Of a DNA stretch of 64,000 bases, positions 53,179-63,959 are shown piece after piece; position 1 is the first letter of the stretch, and the number at the start of each line of letters is the position of its first letter. The position numbers were made by a program, and so were the translations under genes. The stretch is from the NCBI GenBank assembly GCA_041640595.1, contig JBEPZY010000006.1, positions 160,001-224,000 of the forward strand. The letters run 5' to 3'. Below the pieces are notes generated by a model, which saw only the letters and a program-made list of their open reading frames with translations, made no database searches and was not told where the DNA came from. The DNA is from Gemmatales bacterium (lineage in GTDB: Bacteria; Planctomycetota; Planctomycetia; Gemmatales; HRBIN36).

Positions 53179-53601
53179 TTAGGAAGGGTTCTTTCGCCTC
53201 ACTTTCAAAGTTACTTCAGTGGAGTCTGGCTTGACCTCCAGCATCAGCTCATTGCCCTCGGCATAACTTTCCGGTACCATCTGGAAGAAGTTTTGACTAT
53301 CATTGGCCGGAGCGGCGATCCGCACCCGGTATTTGCCGATCTCCGCACCATTAGCACCACCACTATGCTTGAGTTCGAACGATCCATCGTCCTTGACTTC
53401 GCCGGTTGCCGGTTTCCGATCCGGGTCCACCGGTTCCAGAATGATTCGCGTGCCCACCGGCAAAGGTCTGCCATCCTCAAAGACCACCCGCCCTTTCACC
53501 CGCACCACCGGATGTTTCGCTCCTCCGCAGCCGCACATTAAACCCCCGACCATTATCAAAGCACCCAGCCACAGCACACTTGCGCGGACACCTTTCGTCA
53601 T
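53179..53601 (-). CDS. Small lipoprotein (carboxypeptidase-regulatory-like fold), typical DUF1559 partner
   Basis: MCGCGG lipobox, VKGRVVFEDGRPL, DGSFEL, GKYRV. Confidence 0.85.
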   Translation of the reverse strand: MTKGVRASVLWLGALIMVGGLMCGCGGAKHPVVRVKGRVVFEDGRPLPVGTRIILEPVDPDRKPATGEVKDDGSFELKHSGGANGAEIGKYRVRIAAPANDSQNFFQMVPESYAEGNELMLEVKPDSTEVTLKVRRKNPS

Positions 53602-53831
53602 GCTTAGTTCCTCCTTTCTGTACAGCTTGCTTACACACCGCCTATGTCGGTGTTCTATCTATGCCATCCGATTAGGAAGATTCTGCCAGCCATTCCCGTG
53701 TATTAGTCGTAAAGTTGGGTTTCTAATAAAGGGACGTCCCCCTTACCTTAGAGGCTCGGGGGACTATAGGACTCTAAATGTGGGGATGTGGTGTCATCTC
53801 GAAGAATCGCGCGTACCTTAACTTACCACGA

Positions 53832-54956
53832 CTAATCTTCCAGGTGGACCGTTTCCCGACCGGCCCGCGTACCGAGAGCGAAGACCACTCTTAGAGTGAT
53901 ACCTTCCGATACGAAGCGCACACTTCCATCCGCGAATAATGCGTAGGCACCGCCGACATGGAAACTAAACCATTCATTGTTCGGACCGCAATCGTGATAC
54001 GTCCACGGGCAGGTTGGAGGCCCTCCAAAAGGTCGGGGATTGTTATTCAATGGTTGTGAACAGCCTGAGGTATTATCAGGTTCCGCCCAGCGCCAGTGAG
54101 CACGACCACAGCCGGTTACCGGATCGTGATAGTTGTTTACGGGCAAGCCGGAGGAACCAGGATCCCCGATCATCGTGGAATTCCTACCAACATCTTCGTA
54201 AACGAGGATGGTATAAGAAGTGCCGTCAGCAATTTGTGTTATATTCGATGCGCCATAACTAAGATCGATACCACCCATAGCCTTGATCGCCGAACTTTCC
54301 AGCAACTGCACGCTCTTTTTATCACTTACGAAGCACGGAGCTCCGCTATTGACCGAATACTTTTTGTAGTAAGAAAGCGGATACGGGTCAGAAGTGAATG
54401 CCGAAGCAAACCTGCCAGCGGGCAAGCCGGTGGCTGCAGCATTGGCACTGCTAATCTCAACATAAGGAAGCACAGCGTAATCCGAAGCAGCATATCCTTC
54501 CGAGTCGCGCGGCGAGCTGCGTAGAGGATTAGTCGGGCAGAGCAGGGTCTTGATCACCTTTCCTGGTCCCCGGCCCTGACTGGCTAGGGTGGCATTAATT
54601 CCCTCGTTGTAGCGTAAAGTCAAATCCATGTCCGTATAGGCAACTTCTTCGTCCAGGTAAGGCAAAAGTATTGTCCAGGGACTATGAAAGCACTGGGTTT
54701 TATACACGTTGCCGTCCGTCCACGTGACCAGATGCTCACCACTGCGAGGAAACTTATTGCGGTCACTGTGGTAATTGTGGATTGCAATACCCTGTTGCCG
54801 CATGTTATTCATGCAGCGGGCACGGTTCGCTGCTTCCCGAGCTTTCTGGATCGCCGGCAGCAATAGCGATACCAGCAAGGCAATGATCGCGATTACCACC
54901 AGCAGCTCGACCAGCGTAAAGGCATGGCTTTTCCTTCCTTCTCGCAGCATGGTCAT
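53832..54956 (-). CDS. DUF1559 prepilin-type / H-X9-DG protein
   Basis: [50 protein letters not shown]. Confidence 0.95.
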   Translation of the reverse strand: MTMLREGRKSHAFTLVELLVVIAIIALLVSLLLPAIQKAREAANRARCMNNMRQQGIAIHNYHSDRNKFPRSGEHLVTWTDGNVYKTQCFHSPWTILLPYLDEEVAYTDMDLTLRYNEGINATLASQGRGPGKVIKTLLCPTNPLRSSPRDSEGYAASDYAVLPYVEISSANAAATGLPAGRFASAFTSDPYPLSYYKKYSVNSGAPCFVSDKKSVQLLESSAIKAMGGIDLSYGASNITQIADGTSYTILVYEDVGRNSTMIGDPGSSGLPVNNYHDPVTGCGRAHWRWAEPDNTSGCSQPLNNNPRPFGGPPTCPWTYHDCGPNNEWFSFHVGGAYALFADGSVRFVSEGITLRVVFALGTRAGRETVHLED

Positions 54957-55483
54957 CCTCCCATCTTTGCGGTTGAAGCGGGAATCCCCCTTGACATTGT
55001 TTCTCTCTCGCATGATGGTAATCCTCCAATGCTTAGCAAGGCTCTGCTTAGTGCTCTTCACATCCATCGGCTCGCTCCTAATGTTTAGAGCCACATGCCC
55101 ACATTTGCCGCATGGGTTGCATCTTGCCTCTTCGTCGGAGATTCGTGCCGACATCTAAGCTTCCTCCTGGATTTAGGTTAGCCAGCATAAGCTTCGTCTC
55201 CATTGATGGAGCCTGACCGGCTTAGACTGTTCAGAGCTTAGTTGCTAATTGCCTCCACCCCTGATTAGCTGCGATGCTGACCTGGAGACTTAGTTTCTTA
55301 TCAAGGTTCGCCGGGATTATAGCAATCGAGTGTGAAGATTCGGCGAAGGAACCGCGAAAAACTGGCGGAATGCACGATTGCTTGCGGTTAACGAAGCGAA
55401 AGGCAGCGCGCCGTTGCACATGGCCAAAGCTATATAATGGCACCGGAACGGAAGTTACGTCGAACCGATTGAAGGAGATCCTC

Positions 55484-56545
55484 ATGCAACGCAGTCTGGC
55501 GATGATGGTGCTGCTCGGAGTGAGTCTGGGACCTGCCGTGAACCAGAGTGAGCTGGATTGGACAAAAGCCGAGGCGAAATATCTACGCAACATCCGTCAG
55601 CTGACGTTTGGCTTTGAGCGAGCGGGCGAGGCGTATTTTTCGCCGGACATGAGGCACATCGTTTTCCAGGCGGAAGAGAAGGGAGCGAATCCGTTTTACC
55701 AGATATACGTGATGGAACTTGCTAGCGGTCGAACCTGGCGCGTCAGTCCCGGTGTGGGGCGTTGCACGTGCGCCTATTTTCATCCGAGCGGAGAAAAATT
55801 GATTTTTGCGAGCACCCATCTCGATCCGGAAGCCCCGCGGAAACAACGGGAGGAGCTGGAACGGCGGGCTGCGGAAGCGAAACAAGGCAAGCCTCGCCGC
55901 TACGAATGGGTTTTCGACCCGGCCTTCGACATTTTCGAATGCCGATTGGACGGTACGAGCCTGCGGCGTTTAACCGATACGCCGGGATACGATGCTGAAG
56001 GAAGTTACTCGCCGGACGGCAAGCAGATTGTGTTTTGCTCGGCACGCGATGGCAACCTGGAACTGTACATTATGGACAGCGATGGTCGCAACGTTCGCAA
56101 ATTGACGAATGCTCCCGGTTGTTACAACGGTGGGCCATTCTTTTCGCCCGATGGTAAGCGCGTCATCTTCCGTGCCGACCGCAGGAAAAAAGATTACCTT
56201 CAGATTTTCGTCATCAACAGCGACGGTACTGGTGAGGAACAATTGACCGACACTGAAGGCGTCAACTGGGGCCCTTACTGGCACCCGAACGGTCAACATA
56301 TCATTTACGCAGCTGCCGATCATTCCAATCCGGCAGTTCGGCCGAATTATGATTTGTGGCTGATGCATGTCGCCACCCGTCGGAAAGTTAGAATAACTTA
56401 TGCACCGGGAGCCGATGTCCTGCCGGTATTCAGCCCGGACGGCAAGAAACTGATGTGGACTTCAACACGGGATGGACGAATGGCCGGGTCGCAGATTTTC
56501 CTGGCCGATTTCATCATGCCCGCAGAAAGCGAGTTTCAACCGTGA
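55484..56545 (+). CDS. TolB-like beta-propeller (PD40 repeats)
   Basis: Repeated FSPDG(K) units, signal-like N-terminus, GAAGGAG RBS. Confidence 0.9.
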   Translation: MQRSLAMMVLLGVSLGPAVNQSELDWTKAEAKYLRNIRQLTFGFERAGEAYFSPDMRHIVFQAEEKGANPFYQIYVMELASGRTWRVSPGVGRCTCAYFHPSGEKLIFASTHLDPEAPRKQREELERRAAEAKQGKPRRYEWVFDPAFDIFECRLDGTSLRRLTDTPGYDAEGSYSPDGKQIVFCSARDGNLELYIMDSDGRNVRKLTNAPGCYNGGPFFSPDGKRVIFRADRRKKDYLQIFVINSDGTGEEQLTDTEGVNWGPYWHPNGQHIIYAAADHSNPAVRPNYDLWLMHVATRRKVRITYAPGADVLPVFSPDGKKLMWTSTRDGRMAGSQIFLADFIMPAESEFQP

Positions 56546-57828
56546 GCCAGTCCTCAGCCATGCTACCTTTTGACACGCCGCCATCTCCACCCGGTGCGAA
56601 AGCGGTGTCGGCACTGACCGTCTCGCAGTTGACCGCGCTTATCCGGGAACTGCTCGAAGAAGCGTTCGACGACGTTTGGGTCTGTGGCGAGATTTCCAAC
56701 CATAAGGAGCACATGTCTGGACACGTGTATTTCACCCTCAAGGACGAGACAGCGCAAATACGCTGTGTTATGTGGCGGGATGCAGCGAAACGGTTGCGGT
56801 TTCGGGTTCACGACGGCTTGCAGGTTCTCGTGCGTGGACGGGTAAGCGTTTTTCCGCCACGGGGCGATTACCAGCTGTACGTCCGCGAGATGCAACCGCG
56901 TGGTCTGGGCCCGCTGGAGCTGGCTTTTCGGCAGCTGTACGAAAAGTTGCAAAAACTTGGCTTGTTTGCCCCGGAACGAAAACGGCCATTACCCCGTGTG
57001 CCGCGACGTATCGGCATCGTCACCAGTCCACGCGGCGCGGTAATCCGCGATATGTTGCGCATTCTGGGACGCCGCTGGCCACTCGCAGAGATCTGGATTC
57101 GTCCCGTAACCGTACAGGGCGAAACGGCTCCGGCGGAGATCACGGAAGCCCTGCGCTGGTTTGGTCGGTTGAGCGGAGTAGTGGACGTGGTGATTGTGGC
57201 CCGAGGCGGAGGAAGTGCCGAAGACCTGTGGGCCTTCAACGAAGAATGCGTTGCTTTTGCTATTCGTGCTTGCAGTGAAAATGGCGTACCTGTGATCTCT
57301 GCGGTTGGCCACGAAGTGGACTGGACGATTGCTGATTATGCCGCCGACAAACGCGCCGCCACGCCCAGTGAGGCCGCTGAAATGGTCGTTCCCGACCAAC
57401 AGGAAATGCGGCAGCTGCTGCAAACGTGGAAACGGCGACTCGAACAGGCGTTGCGGAGCCGAGTGCAAAATGCTCGACGGCATCTCGAAAGTTTTCTGCG
57501 GCATCCGGTTTTTCGCCGCCCCCTCCAGCGTATCAAGGAAAAAGTGCAGCTGGTGGACGATCTGGGTTCCCAGTTGCACCAGGCTATGCAGCATTTCCTG
57601 TCGGAGCGAAAACAGCAACTGGCTTTGCTGAGCAGTCGGCTGCACGCTCTCAGTCCCCTGCAGGTCCTGCAGCGAGGTTACAGCTTGACGTGGAAAGAAG
57701 GGGAAAAAGCGTTGCTCCGCAGTAGCGATGAGGTAGCGGTAGGGGATTGTTTGATTACCCAGCTGGCTCGGGGCTGCCTGCGCAGTCGTGTCGAAAGCGT
57801 ACAATCTCCGGGAGATGCTCACTCATGA
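56542..57828 (+). CDS. xseA: Exodeoxyribonuclease VII large subunit
   Basis: GEISN, SGHVYFTLKD, ARGGGS-EDLW, SAVGHE, TPSEAAE. Confidence 0.96.
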   Translation: MSQSSAMLPFDTPPSPPGAKAVSALTVSQLTALIRELLEEAFDDVWVCGEISNHKEHMSGHVYFTLKDETAQIRCVMWRDAAKRLRFRVHDGLQVLVRGRVSVFPPRGDYQLYVREMQPRGLGPLELAFRQLYEKLQKLGLFAPERKRPLPRVPRRIGIVTSPRGAVIRDMLRILGRRWPLAEIWIRPVTVQGETAPAEITEALRWFGRLSGVVDVVIVARGGGSAEDLWAFNEECVAFAIRACSENGVPVISAVGHEVDWTIADYAADKRAATPSEAAEMVVPDQQEMRQLLQTWKRRLEQALRSRVQNARRHLESFLRHPVFRRPLQRIKEKVQLVDDLGSQLHQAMQHFLSERKQQLALLSSRLHALSPLQVLQRGYSLTWKEGEKALLRSSDEVAVGDCLITQLARGCLRSRVESVQSPGDAHS

Positions 57829-58142
57829 CCGCAGATGAATTCGACCAGACGCTTGTGCAACTGAGCTTTGAACAGGCGTTGACGGAGTTGGAAAAACAAG
57901 TGGATGCGCTCGAGCACGGCCAGTTGGGGCTGGAAGACGCGCTGGCTTGTTTCGAGCGAGGAGTGAAGCTGCTGCGGCGATGCTATCAGTTGCTGGAACG
58001 TGCCGAGCAGCGCGTGCAGGAACTGGTCGGCTTATCGGAACGCGGAGAGGCCGTGGTTCGACCTTTCTCGTTGCCGGAAGAGGAAGCTACTCCCGGCCGG
58101 GCCGCCAACAGTGCTTCCGCTGCCCAGTCCAAGACCACTTGA
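57825..58142 (+). CDS. xseB: Exodeoxyribonuclease VII small subunit
   Basis: SFEQALTELE...LEDALACFERG...AEQRV; ATGA overlap with xseA. Confidence 0.93.
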   Translation: MTADEFDQTLVQLSFEQALTELEKQVDALEHGQLGLEDALACFERGVKLLRRCYQLLERAEQRVQELVGLSERGEAVVRPFSLPEEEATPGRAANSASAAQSKTT

Positions 58143-58155
58143 TCTGGCGCTGCTT

Positions 58156-59106
58156 ATGAACGACTGGCCATTTGCCGAACTGCGGCAGGTTATTGAAGAA
58201 GCGCTGGAAGCCTATCTCCGACCGCAAGCCCATGTGCCGGAGCGGTTACGGCAAGCCATGCACTATGGGTTACTCGGGCCCGGCAAACGTTTGCGACCCA
58301 TCTTGACGCTGCTCAGCGCTGAGGCTTGCGGTGCCGATTATCGCTCGGCATTGCCCGCTGCCTGTGCGGTTGAAATGGTTCACGCTTATTCGCTGATTCA
58401 CGACGATTTGCCAGCCATGGACGATGATGACCTGCGTCGCGGTCGTCCGACATGCCATCGCCAATTCGACGAGGCAACCGCTATCCTGGCCGGCGATGCT
58501 TTGTTGACTTTGGCTTTCGAGGTACTCTGCACCATTTCGCCGCCGGCTCTGGCCAGCGTATGCGTGCAAACTCTGGCCCGGGCAGCGGGGATGGCTGGAA
58601 TGGTTGGCGGGCAAATGGATGATTTGCTGGCGGAACGGCACGCGTTACCCCAGGACTTGACTGTTCTGTCCAGCATCCACGCCCGAAAAACCGCTGCCCT
58701 CTTTCGAGCCGCTGCACGACTCGGTGGTTGCATCGCCAACTGGCACCGCTTGCAGCAACCCGAACTGTTACTATCCAGCCAGACACTGCCGCCGAATGCC
58801 TCGTCTGATTCCCTGGCCTGGCAGCAGTTGTTCGCGCTGGACAAATATGCGGCGGCTCTGGGACTGGCTTTTCAAATCGCTGACGATTTGCTCGATGTCG
58901 AAGGCCACGAACAGCAGACCGGCAAGCGCGTCGGCAAAGATGCGCGTCGGGGTAAATTAACGTTCCCCGGCCTTTGTGGTGTCGAAGAAGCCCGTCGGCA
59001 AATGGAACTGGCCCGACAGCAAGCGGAGGAGGCTTTGGGCATTTTCGGCAATTCGGGCGACAAATTGCGGCTATTGGCGCAACTGGTCGTGCGTCGCAGT
59101 CGCTGA
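58156..59106 (+). CDS. ispA: Farnesyl/geranylgeranyl diphosphate synthase
   Basis: GKRLRP, DDLPAMDDD, GQ-DD, KT, FQIADDLLD. Confidence 0.94.
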   Translation: MNDWPFAELRQVIEEALEAYLRPQAHVPERLRQAMHYGLLGPGKRLRPILTLLSAEACGADYRSALPAACAVEMVHAYSLIHDDLPAMDDDDLRRGRPTCHRQFDEATAILAGDALLTLAFEVLCTISPPALASVCVQTLARAAGMAGMVGGQMDDLLAERHALPQDLTVLSSIHARKTAALFRAAARLGGCIANWHRLQQPELLLSSQTLPPNASSDSLAWQQLFALDKYAAALGLAFQIADDLLDVEGHEQQTGKRVGKDARRGKLTFPGLCGVEEARRQMELARQQAEEALGIFGNSGDKLRLLAQLVVRRSR

Positions 59107-59192
59107 TGTTTTCTATAATGTTCCGGGGTCAACATCCCAGGAGCAGGATGGCTCCGGTCGAAGAGCTACGGACGGGAAAAAGTTACCGCGGC

Positions 59193-61115
59193 ATGACTTC
59201 AGCAAAGCTTCTCCCGCAAATTCGCACACCCGCGGATTTGCACCGCCTTTCTGATGCCGAATTGCTGGAGCTCGCCCAGGAAATCCGCGACGAACTGGTG
59301 CGGGTGTTGCGCCTGCGCTCTGCACATTTTGCCAGCAACCTCGGTGTCGTGGAGTTGTGCCTGGCACTGCATTTGACCTTTGATTTCAGCCGCGATCGGT
59401 TGATCTGGGACACAGGGCATCAGATTTATCCGCACAAACTCATCACCGGTCGTTACCATTTGTTCGACACCATTCGCAGCAAAGGCGGCCTGATGGGTTA
59501 TCCCAACCCAGCGGAAAGTCCTTACGATTTGTTTCTCACGGGACACGCCGGTTGCAGCATTTCCTGCGGTCTGGGTTTGCGAGTCGGCGACGAATTGCTC
59601 GGCGAAGCCGACCGCCACACGGTTGTTGTCATCGGTGATGGTGCGTTGCCCAGCGGTATTGCCTACGAGGCGATGAACAATGCCGGCGGGCTGAAAAAGA
59701 AGCTGATCATCATTCTCAACGACAACAAAATGTCCATTTGTCCGCGGGTCGGTGGGCTGGCGCAGATGCTCGATCGTGCGCGGCTGACGCATTTGTACCA
59801 GGACAGCAAAGCCGCTCTGCAGAATTTGCTGGCGCGACTACCGCTGGTGGGGGCTGTGGCCACGCATTATTTCGAGCATGCCCGCGATGCTCTCAAAGCA
59901 TTTTTCACCGGCGGCATGCTTTTTGAAGAACTGGGCCTGCGCTATTTCGGTCCCGTGGACGGTCACGATCTGTTCGGGCTGCGTCGCTGGCTGCACGATC
60001 TCAAGCAACAGGACGGCCCTATCCTATTGCACGTGCTGACCCAGAAGGGTCGGGGCGTTCCTCAAGCCGAGCAGGACCCGGTCACGTTCCATGCTCCGCC
60101 GGTCATTGAGGAGGTAGATGCCCAGCGCAACATCCTGAAACTGAAGCGGGCCGGCCAGCTTTCCTATACCGATGCCGTCAGCCGCACCATCTACCAACTC
60201 ATGTCCGAGAACCGTCGCGTTGTGGCGATCACCGCGGCCATGTGCCAGGGCAACAAACTGGAAAAGGTTCGCAGCGATTTTCCCGACCGCTTTTTTGACG
60301 TAGGAATCTGCGAAGCTCACGCGGTTGCCTTTGCTGCGGGGCTGGCTAAGGCAGGCATCCGACCCATTGTCGCTATTTATTCGACTTTCCTGCAGCGGGC
60401 TTTTGACCAACTGTTCCAGGAAATAGCCCTGCAGGATTTGCCTGTGGTCTTCTGCCTGGATCGCGCCGGCCTGACCGGCCCCGATGGCCCCACGCATCAC
60501 GGCGTTTTCGACACGGTGTATCTACGATTGTTCCCAAACTTCATCGTCATGGCTCCCGGGGATGAACTCGACATCGCCCCTATGCTTCAGTTTGCCCTGG
60601 AACAAAAGCATCCCACCGCCCTGCGCTATCCCAAAGCCAATCTCGACCGCGTGCCTCGACAGGTGGCACCGGTTCGTCTGGGCCAGGCAGAAGTGCTTCG
60701 CCGGGGACACGACGGTGCACTGATCGTTTACGGTAGCTTGCTGGCTCAGGGCTGCCAGGCCGCCGAACAGCTCCGCACGCAGCATGGCCTGGAACTGACC
60801 GTGATCAATGCACGCTTCGCCAAACCACTCGACCGCCAGACCATACTGACCGCTGTCCGCGAGTTGCCTTTTGTCATCACCGTGGAAGAAGGCACATTGG
60901 AAGGTGGATTCGGGAGCGCTGTTCTGGAAGCCGCTAACGATGCCGGTCTCGACACCCGCCATATTCATCGCCTCGGCATCCCCGACCGCTTTATCGAACA
61001 CGGCGAACGCGCTGAGTTACTGACCGACCTTGGTCTCGACGCTCACGGCATCGCACAGTGTGCTTTGCAGCTGGCCCAGCGCCGCCTCTCATTCACCGCC
61101 TCCGCAGGCGCTTGA
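59193..61115 (+). CDS. dxs: 1-deoxy-D-xylulose-5-phosphate synthase
   Basis: WDTGHQIYPHK, GDGA...LNDN (ThDP), YSTFLQRA, DGPTHHG. Confidence 0.97.
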   Translation: MTSAKLLPQIRTPADLHRLSDAELLELAQEIRDELVRVLRLRSAHFASNLGVVELCLALHLTFDFSRDRLIWDTGHQIYPHKLITGRYHLFDTIRSKGGLMGYPNPAESPYDLFLTGHAGCSISCGLGLRVGDELLGEADRHTVVVIGDGALPSGIAYEAMNNAGGLKKKLIIILNDNKMSICPRVGGLAQMLDRARLTHLYQDSKAALQNLLARLPLVGAVATHYFEHARDALKAFFTGGMLFEELGLRYFGPVDGHDLFGLRRWLHDLKQQDGPILLHVLTQKGRGVPQAEQDPVTFHAPPVIEEVDAQRNILKLKRAGQLSYTDAVSRTIYQLMSENRRVVAITAAMCQGNKLEKVRSDFPDRFFDVGICEAHAVAFAAGLAKAGIRPIVAIYSTFLQRAFDQLFQEIALQDLPVVFCLDRAGLTGPDGPTHHGVFDTVYLRLFPNFIVMAPGDELDIAPMLQFALEQKHPTALRYPKANLDRVPRQVAPVRLGQAEVLRRGHDGALIVYGSLLAQGCQAAEQLRTQHGLELTVINARFAKPLDRQTILTAVRELPFVITVEEGTLEGGFGSAVLEAANDAGLDTRHIHRLGIPDRFIEHGERAELLTDLGLDAHGIAQCALQLAQRRLSFTASAGA

Positions 61116-61206
61116 TAACGCTGGCGATGAGCAGCACACTCGCACGCAAGCGAACCCATCGCGACGCAGTCAGTGTCGTCTCCCTGGTTGGAGTTTCGGC
61201 ACTTAA

Positions 61207-61899
61207 TCAGGGGACTTCTTTGTCGGCGGGTTGTAGCGAGGCAAATTGCTCAGACATCCGGGGACGAATGTGCTGTTCGAGCAAGGCGACCACCTCGTCC
61301 ACCGAAAGACCGGTAGTGTCCACGACCACCGCATCCGGAGCGGGGACCATCGGGGCCAAGGCTCGCGTGGCATCCTGAAGGTCGCGCTGCTGTTGCTGCT
61401 CTAAAACTTCCTCCAGCGTGAGAGCAATGCCTCGTTTGCGTAACTCTTCCCAGCGACGGCGGGCTCGGACTTCCGGTGAGGCGGTGAGGAAGAATTTGCA
61501 CTCCGCGTGCGGGAAAACGACCGTACCCTGGTCGCGGCCTTCGGTAACGAGGTTGGTATTGTGGGCGATTCGGCGTTGCCAGTCGCTCAAAAATCGCCGC
61601 ACCGTGGGGCTATCGGCTATGCGTCGCGACAACTCGGTAATCTCCGGCTGGCGGATTTGCTCACTGACATCTTCACCAGCCAGGTAAATCCGCCCCTGCT
61701 TCCATTCCAGACGCAGTTGCGGCAGGAGCTCGGCCAGGGCCTGTTCATTATCCGGCGCGATTCCGCGTTGGCGAACTGCCAGGGCGACTGCTCGATACAT
61801 CGCACCTGTGTCCAGATAGGTGAATCCGAGGCGTTCAGCCAACTTTCGCGCTACTGTGCTTTTCCCTGCCCCAGCCGGACCGTCCAGCGTGATGATCAT
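61207..61899 (-). CDS. cmk: Cytidylate kinase
   Basis: DGPAGAGKST, LDTGAMYR, EGRDQGTVVFP. Confidence 0.96.
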   Translation of the reverse strand: MIITLDGPAGAGKSTVARKLAERLGFTYLDTGAMYRAVALAVRQRGIAPDNEQALAELLPQLRLEWKQGRIYLAGEDVSEQIRQPEITELSRRIADSPTVRRFLSDWQRRIAHNTNLVTEGRDQGTVVFPHAECKFFLTASPEVRARRRWEELRKRGIALTLEEVLEQQQQRDLQDATRALAPMVPAPDAVVVDTTGLSVDEVVALLEQHIRPRMSEQFASLQPADKEVP

Positions 61900-61944
61900 G
61901 GAAACCGTCCCTGTTCTGGTGATGCCGTCCTGGCACATCGCCTC

Positions 61945-62643
61945 TTACGGATGGGCGATGCGAATGAGGAATTGTTCGCCTGCTTCCAGCGTTCGACTGC
62001 GAGGTGCCTGCCAGCCGTGCACTTCGTAGGTAAACGTTCCGGGAGTACGGACGACTCGCTGTTCCTGGCCGGGAGACACGGTGTAGGCAATGCCATCCAC
62101 GCTTACCGTGACTGGCAAGCTCCAATCATTACGGATGATCACCTGACCGGTGGCGATCGGAGCCGCAAATGCTTTACGCACTTCCGGTGCGGAGCGTTGA
62201 GCGATCGAGGATTGCAACCGGTCCATTTCCTGTTTGAACGTGTCGCGAAGGCGAGCCAGTTCCTGTTCGAGCAGGTCGAGCCGTTTAGCCAGCATTTGTT
62301 GCTGCAGAACAGTGTTGACGGCCGCCACGTCTTTTTTCAGTTCGTCAACGCTCTTATCCACCGTCGCCACACCCTGGCGCAACACGGTTATTTCCTGCTT
62401 CAGCTCGCCGACGGCCTTGCTCAGCTGCATTAGCTCCTGCTGTAATTTATCCAGGCGACTGGCCAGGTTCGCTTCATCCGGATTCGCCGGTTTGGCAGGA
62501 GCCGGTTTTTCACCAGGGGCAGACGACCCGGTTGGGTTTGCCGAACCGGATTTCTCCGGCGGTTCCTGTGCCAGTCCCGGCCCCGGTACAACCGAGCCGA
62601 ATAGTGCACTCAGTGCCATCGCTGCGAAGATTCGCCACCACAT
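61945..62643 (-). CDS. Secreted hypothetical protein, coiled coil plus C-terminal beta-sandwich
   Basis: Signal peptide ending GLA-Q, heptad region, GQVIIRNDWSLPVTVSVDG; GGAGG RBS. Confidence 0.75.
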   Translation of the reverse strand: MWWRIFAAMALSALFGSVVPGPGLAQEPPEKSGSANPTGSSAPGEKPAPAKPANPDEANLASRLDKLQQELMQLSKAVGELKQEITVLRQGVATVDKSVDELKKDVAAVNTVLQQQMLAKRLDLLEQELARLRDTFKQEMDRLQSSIAQRSAPEVRKAFAAPIATGQVIIRNDWSLPVTVSVDGIAYTVSPGQEQRVVRTPGTFTYEVHGWQAPRSRTLEAGEQFLIRIAHP

Positions 62644-62813
62644 GTTTGTTCCTCCACTCAGATGCAGGGCCCCCATCCCCGCCGCACAAGCTTTCCGAAA
62701 TTGGTGTTCCTATGACAGCGTAAGTTTCCATTTGCCCCGTGGCAAGGTAAAACGTTGAGCAGGTACAGCTAGCCGTCGCGAGAATCAAAAGATCGCCGGC
62801 GAAAGGGATACCT

Positions 62814-63878
62814 ATGACCACGGTACGCATTGACCGGGTAAGCAAACGTTTCGGGCAGACTGTGGCCGTGGATGAGGTGAGTCTGGAGATCGCCTCGGGC
62901 GAGTTATTCTTTCTCCTCGGGCCATCTGGTTGTGGGAAAACCACCCTGTTACGGCTCATAGCGGGTTTTCTGGAACCGGATAGCGGCGAAATCTATTTCG
63001 ACGGCCAGCCGATGCGACACGTGCCCGTACAGAAACGCAATTTAGGCATTGTGTTCCAGCATTATGCCCTCTGGCCACACCGCAGCGTTTTTGAAAATAT
63101 CGCCTACGGTCTGCAAGTCCGTCGCTTCTCAGCATCGGAAATTGAACGCCGGGTGCAAGAGATGTTACGCCTCATGCGCCTGGAGGAGTGCCGCGACCGA
63201 TACCCATCGCAATTGTCGGGAGGCCAGCAACAAAGAGTCGCCATGGCCCGTGCGTTAGTCGTTCGACCGCAGCTATTGCTTCTCGATGAACCGCTATCCA
63301 ATCTGGATGCAGCCCTGCGTCAGGAATTGCGAGAGGAAATCCGCCGTGTGCAACGCACCCTGGGCATTACCACCGTTTACGTAACCCACGACCAGGAAGA
63401 AGCCCTCGCCCTGGCAGACAGGCTGGCGGTTTTGCATCAGGGTCGCGTTTTCCAGGTCGGCTCACCGCGGCAGGTGTACGAACTGCCCACGACTCGATTT
63501 GTCGCAACCTTTCTCGGCGGAGGTAACATCCTGCCAGGTCGTTATCTGGGGCGAACCCACGATGGCCATCTGGTGGAGACGCCGCTGGGACGCTGGCGTA
63601 CCGTTACTCCTCCGCCCGCCGCACTCGCCGACGGTCAGACCGTTTACTGTCTTGTGCGAGCTGAACACTGGCAACCTGGCCCGCTGTCGGTTGAAAATAG
63701 CTTCGAAGCAACCGTCAAGCGCATTCAATTTCACGGCGATAGCTTTGCCGTAGAGCTTGTAGCCGGCGATTTGAGCCTGGATTGGCGTGTGCCTGCTGGC
63801 CAATGGTCAGAGCTGAGCACCGGTCAGACCGTGTTCCTCTCGGCACCGCCACAGCGTCTCGTACTGCTGCCGGAATAA
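62814..63878 (+). CDS. ABC transporter ATP-binding protein (PotA/FbpC family, TOBE domain)
   Basis: GPSGCGKT, LSGGQQQR, LLDEP, VTHDQEEA. Confidence 0.95.
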   Translation: MTTVRIDRVSKRFGQTVAVDEVSLEIASGELFFLLGPSGCGKTTLLRLIAGFLEPDSGEIYFDGQPMRHVPVQKRNLGIVFQHYALWPHRSVFENIAYGLQVRRFSASEIERRVQEMLRLMRLEECRDRYPSQLSGGQQQRVAMARALVVRPQLLLLDEPLSNLDAALRQELREEIRRVQRTLGITTVYVTHDQEEALALADRLAVLHQGRVFQVGSPRQVYELPTTRFVATFLGGGNILPGRYLGRTHDGHLVETPLGRWRTVTPPPAALADGQTVYCLVRAEHWQPGPLSVENSFEATVKRIQFHGDSFAVELVAGDLSLDWRVPAGQWSELSTGQTVFLSAPPQRLVLLPE

Positions 63879-63959
63879 TTTCCGCCTCGTAACTTAACGC
63901 AGGCAATGTTCTGCGCGCGAAGAACAACGTAGGCGACTGGAGCCATTAGGAGCCCGACT

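Noticed and set aside
53731..53740. Palindrome GGGACGTCCC between DUF1559 and lipoprotein genes
   Set aside because: A single 10-bp palindrome is expected by chance in 64 kb
54957..55154. In-frame extension of the DUF1559 ORF
   Set aside because: The prepilin motif and GGGAGG RBS place the start at 54956
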